Shown here: positions 60,346 through 64,000 of the stretch, in pieces
Numbering within the stretch: position 1 is the first letter of the stretch
Layout of the letters: every line of letters starts with the position of its first letter
Origin: Podarcis muralis
Taxonomy: Eukaryota
Length of the DNA: 64,000 nt
Reading direction: 5' to 3'
Assembly: GCF_964188315.1 (NCBI RefSeq)
Contig: NC_135662.1
Coordinates: 80,848,001-80,912,000, forward strand
Position numbers and translations under genes: made by a program
The notes under the pieces: generated by a model
The model's database searches: none
The model's input: only the letters and a program-made list of their open reading frames with translations
What the model was told of the DNA's origin: nothing

Positions 60346-62569
60346 CTTGCACCAGAACTGTTAAGTTGGATATGATCCATTGCTAATATCCTGGCCGCAT
60401 TCTACAGTAACCAACAGGTTTCAACTTGGAAGACAAACCATTCCATTCCTATACTATTAATTCACATTCTCCCACAACCATTTCCACTCCCACTTGTACT
60501 GCTGCCCCTGGATGAACAGCTCGCAACTTTCTGCCCTCTACATCCTTGCTTGCCTATTCTCCTACCCAGACCATGGGTCTTCTACATCCACCTCTGTGCC
60601 ACTCCACAGGCTGAAAAAAGGAACCCTGCCCAGAAGAATCTGGGGAAATGCTATCAGAGAACCTCAAACCTGTTGGGAGCTCTTAAAACCCAACGGGCTC
60701 TCTTTATACCAATGAAATGGGCTGGATGATACTAGGAAGTTGTGGGGGGGGGGGGATGTTCCAAGTTTTCTAACTTCCTCAGCTGATGTCTCCAGCTTTT
60801 TCTTAGCATCAGGCAGAGAAAGAGAAGCCCCGCTGGAAGATGGTTCTAAGGTAGAGGGGTGGAGGGGAGCCCTTGTGTCAATCAAGGTTACCTTCTAGTT
60901 TTCTTAAAAGGCCAGCCAGGATGAGCAGCAATGGGCAGCACACAAGCTCAGACATTAGGCAAGAGAACAGCTTGGATGGAAACTGCCTGTCCATTAAATG
61001 ATTAACAGAGGGGTGGGGGAGCCTGTTGTGGTCTCTCTTTTTGCAAGGTTGTTTTTGAGAACATTGTTTTACGATTGATTATTAAGATCATAATGTTTCT
61101 AGGGTTTATTATATCCAAGAAGCATCTTACATAGTTTATGAACTCTTCCAGCACAACTTAATAACAAAGTTGAACCATCCACTTTAGAAGCAATTATAAT
61201 CTTCTATACTGGTGCTCCTTGAAATATGAAGAATCAGTTTAATTGACTGGCCACTTGCCAATTCCACCAAGGAAAGCTAAAATTGTCAAGGATTGCTATA
61301 TTTAACATCTTATTGGATAATCAGCAACAACAGACTTTAATAGCGGCAGATTTGTGTGCTCTTACACCTTTTCTGATGAGAACACAGGAAGTATGTTCAA
61401 ATAAATGTGAGCAAAACAAGTACTGTACTACATTAATAAAAATGTGTATAGTTTTATTTTTAAAATAACTAAAAAATTATCAGGATATATTTAAATGTTG
61501 GTAACTGAGTAAGCTGGGGGCTAATAATCCTCCATTCTGGTGGATTTCAGTTGTTAGTTACAACTTATAACACAATTGCATGGAAGCTATTCAGTAAAGG
61601 ACTCGTGAAGCAACGCCTCATAGTAATTTTCACATTTTTGACCATGCAAAAACCGACCCTTATAGCTATAAGGATTGTACTGTAAATGAGTGTCCCAAAC
61701 TGTGAATTGTGAGATGGGTTTAAGTGTGTACTGAAAAGACAAAATAGTCTTTTCAGATTTTCCCTTGTATACAAGGGCTAAAAAGTTACACAGGAAAGGG
61801 ACACATGTATAAGCCCTGCCCTCAGAACCACCAGGTGCACAGCCTCCTCTTGAGATGTTCACACATCTATGGTCTGCAGGGTTTCAAAATATATTCTTCC
61901 AAACATACTTAGAAGCCTTCTTGCAATTGCAAGCATGGTTCAAAGCATAAATCGTTATCATTTCCATAGGAACAAATTATCTTCCCCTAGAAACAATTTA
62001 GAAGTGCCTGGAACACCTGTTTGTTTAAACCCAGTCTGTCCCGATCATGTATAAAAACCCTCCCTCTAGTTCATTGCTTGGTTCTTGACATTGCTATGGT
62101 CCTCTGGTTGGAAGCCTTGGTTAGCCAAGGGGCCAGGTAGGAATTTTTATGCAACTGGCAAATTGGCACCGGCCACTTGGTTTTTCACCTACCTCGTAGC
62201 AAATCGCCACAACTTTTTGGTATTGGCGGTTAGGCATTGGAATATGTTTGTGTATTGGAGGGTAGGGTGTGGCCATCGCCTACCCCTCCACTTTATGGGT
62301 ATTCCGGTAGAGGAATCCGGCAGTCGTGGATCCTGTCTGATGCCCTTGCTAGTGGCTAGGGCCATGGCATGACCCCCGGTGACATCAGGGGGAGCTTTCA
62401 GTTGTATTTGCATCAACAGGCTATTCCCACTGGTGGTTAACCCTTGATAGACTCACCCCTCCCTGAGGGGTTGGAGTCACTTGCTGGGGTTTATCCAATG
62501 CCTAAGCCAATACCTCTCACATGCTGTAATCAATAAAGTTGTGGCCTTTTTTAGCCCATTAACCTTATA

Positions 62570-62810
62570 CAGTGGTACCTCGGGTTACATACACTTCAGG
62601 TTACATACGCTTCAGGTTACAGACTCCGCTAACCCAGAAATATTACCTCAGGCTAAGAACTTTGCTTCAGGATGAAACAGAAATCGTGCTCCGGTGGCGC
62701 GGCGGCAGCAGGAGGCCCCATTAGCTAAAGTGGTGCTTCAGGTTACGAACAGTTTCATGTTAAAAACGGACCTCTGGAACGAATTAAGTACTTAACCCGC
62801 GGTACCACTG
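62570..62810. mobile_element. Tc1/mariner (pogo/Tigger-like) MITE, related family
   Basis: TIR CAGTGGTACCTCGGGTTA / TAACCCGCGGTACCACTG; TA TSD; internal 16-nt tandem unit (ttacatacRcttcagg). Confidence 0.85.
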
Positions 62811-64000
62811 TATACCGTGTCCATGTGGTTTTCTTATCCTCAAGCGGGTGGCGGGTCCTTGAATCACAACTCATCACATTCACGGACCCTGTCAATGCAG
62901 CTCAGACAGTTACAATGAAATCCTATACAGATCTACTGAGACCCACTGAGATCAATGAAGCTTACTCCCAAGTAAGGAGTACAGAATGCAGCCTAAGTTT
63001 TAAGCTGTTACACAGCTGACTGTCAAGATCCATTCTCTTGATCTGGTTAATTCATGTAAGGCTCTCTAGATTAGCATACAAATAGTGCAGGTGAGCTTGA
63101 TCATAACTGCTAGAGCTTGGCTGCAGTTAAATTACCATGGCTGACCCTGAAAAAATAGCTATTTGGTAGACCACATTTTAAACTGATAGCCATTAATTTA
63201 GCCAATCAACTTTGTTAGATACTGACATATTCTGAGTACTGCAAACAATGCAATAGAAATAATCTCTTCAAATCCTGCATTGCTGAAGTCATACTTGTAC
63301 ATTAACCTCTCTACTCTGTACATCTATACAGAAGATCTTTCAGAGCAATAAACATGCCTCAACATACATATTGGGGCCATGAAAATGTCCTTCAGCAGTC
63401 CTAAAAGACATTGCATTCCCCTCCAACTATTTACAACATACCTTGTAATATACTGGTACTACCTAAAACTAAACTCTAGTGTTGGTACTATAAAGACTAT
63501 ATGATTCTCTTCACTCCTGTTCTCTGCCTCACAGAGAATCTGTGCATTCCAAATAGTGATGGAGTCAGAACTAACTACTAGAAGTTGTATTTTGAAAAAT
63601 GGAGGGTTTCTTCTTTGTTCTAGTAGCCATGATGCTCCTTCATTTGACATCTGATAAAACTAATCTAATTCCATCTGCTTAACCCTATCTGCAACAACCT
63701 CAAACTTTTGAAAATTGCAGGCTGCCAGGCATGCTGCCCTTTCCCAGATACCTACCCACTTTTTGTTCAACATATACTGTAAGGAAGAAATCTGGAGAAT
63801 TTGAAAGCTTTGTTCTTGGCATTTGCCATTCTGGTTGGTCTAGTAAAGATACTGTGGATTGTTCCGTGGATCTTCCTTTTGAAATTAGTAAATCATTCAA
63901 GGGAAAGAACAGTAATAAGTGCATAGTTAATATGACCTTGTAAATCTGAGGTCAGAGAGTAAAGTGCATACTTTGGCACCTTGCCAGTATTCAGAGATTT

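Noticed and set aside
62085-62520. 95-aa ORF and GC-elevated block
   Set aside because: It looks like an interspersed-repeat fragment that I could not classify, with no protein homology recognised.

Overview
Vertebrate genomic DNA, most likely a lacertid-type lizard (inferred from Sauria SINEs and the repeat landscape). The window is dominated by one minus-strand gene, SLC12A7 (K-Cl cotransporter KCC4). I traced 25 coding exons by hand (exons 2-26 in KCC2-style numbering, 49800 down to the stop at 1438). All have GT-AG boundaries and matching phases, and together give 3248 coding nt: a split first codon, 1081 full codons and TAA. Coding exon 1 was not found and probably lies beyond the right edge. 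Two of the exons are missing from the canonical human KCC4 protein as I recall it: a 117-nt homologue of the 'KCC2-specific' exon 22 carrying the S932/T934/S937/S940 phospho-cluster, and a 15-nt microexon (EWGNL). Two introns are minor-spliceosome (U12) type and each contains a MITE. The remaining introns hold Sauria SINEs (two subfamilies), L2/CR1/L1 fragments, Tc1/mariner-type and hAT MITEs, and microsatellites. Unexplained items include a perfect 36-bp hairpin, candidate poison or alternative exons, a 60-nt-periodic Helitron-like element and a templated insertion inside a SINE. Most ORFs in the supplied track are spurious or repeat-derived. No database searches were run, and repeat boundaries are approximate unless TIRs or TSDs are cited.
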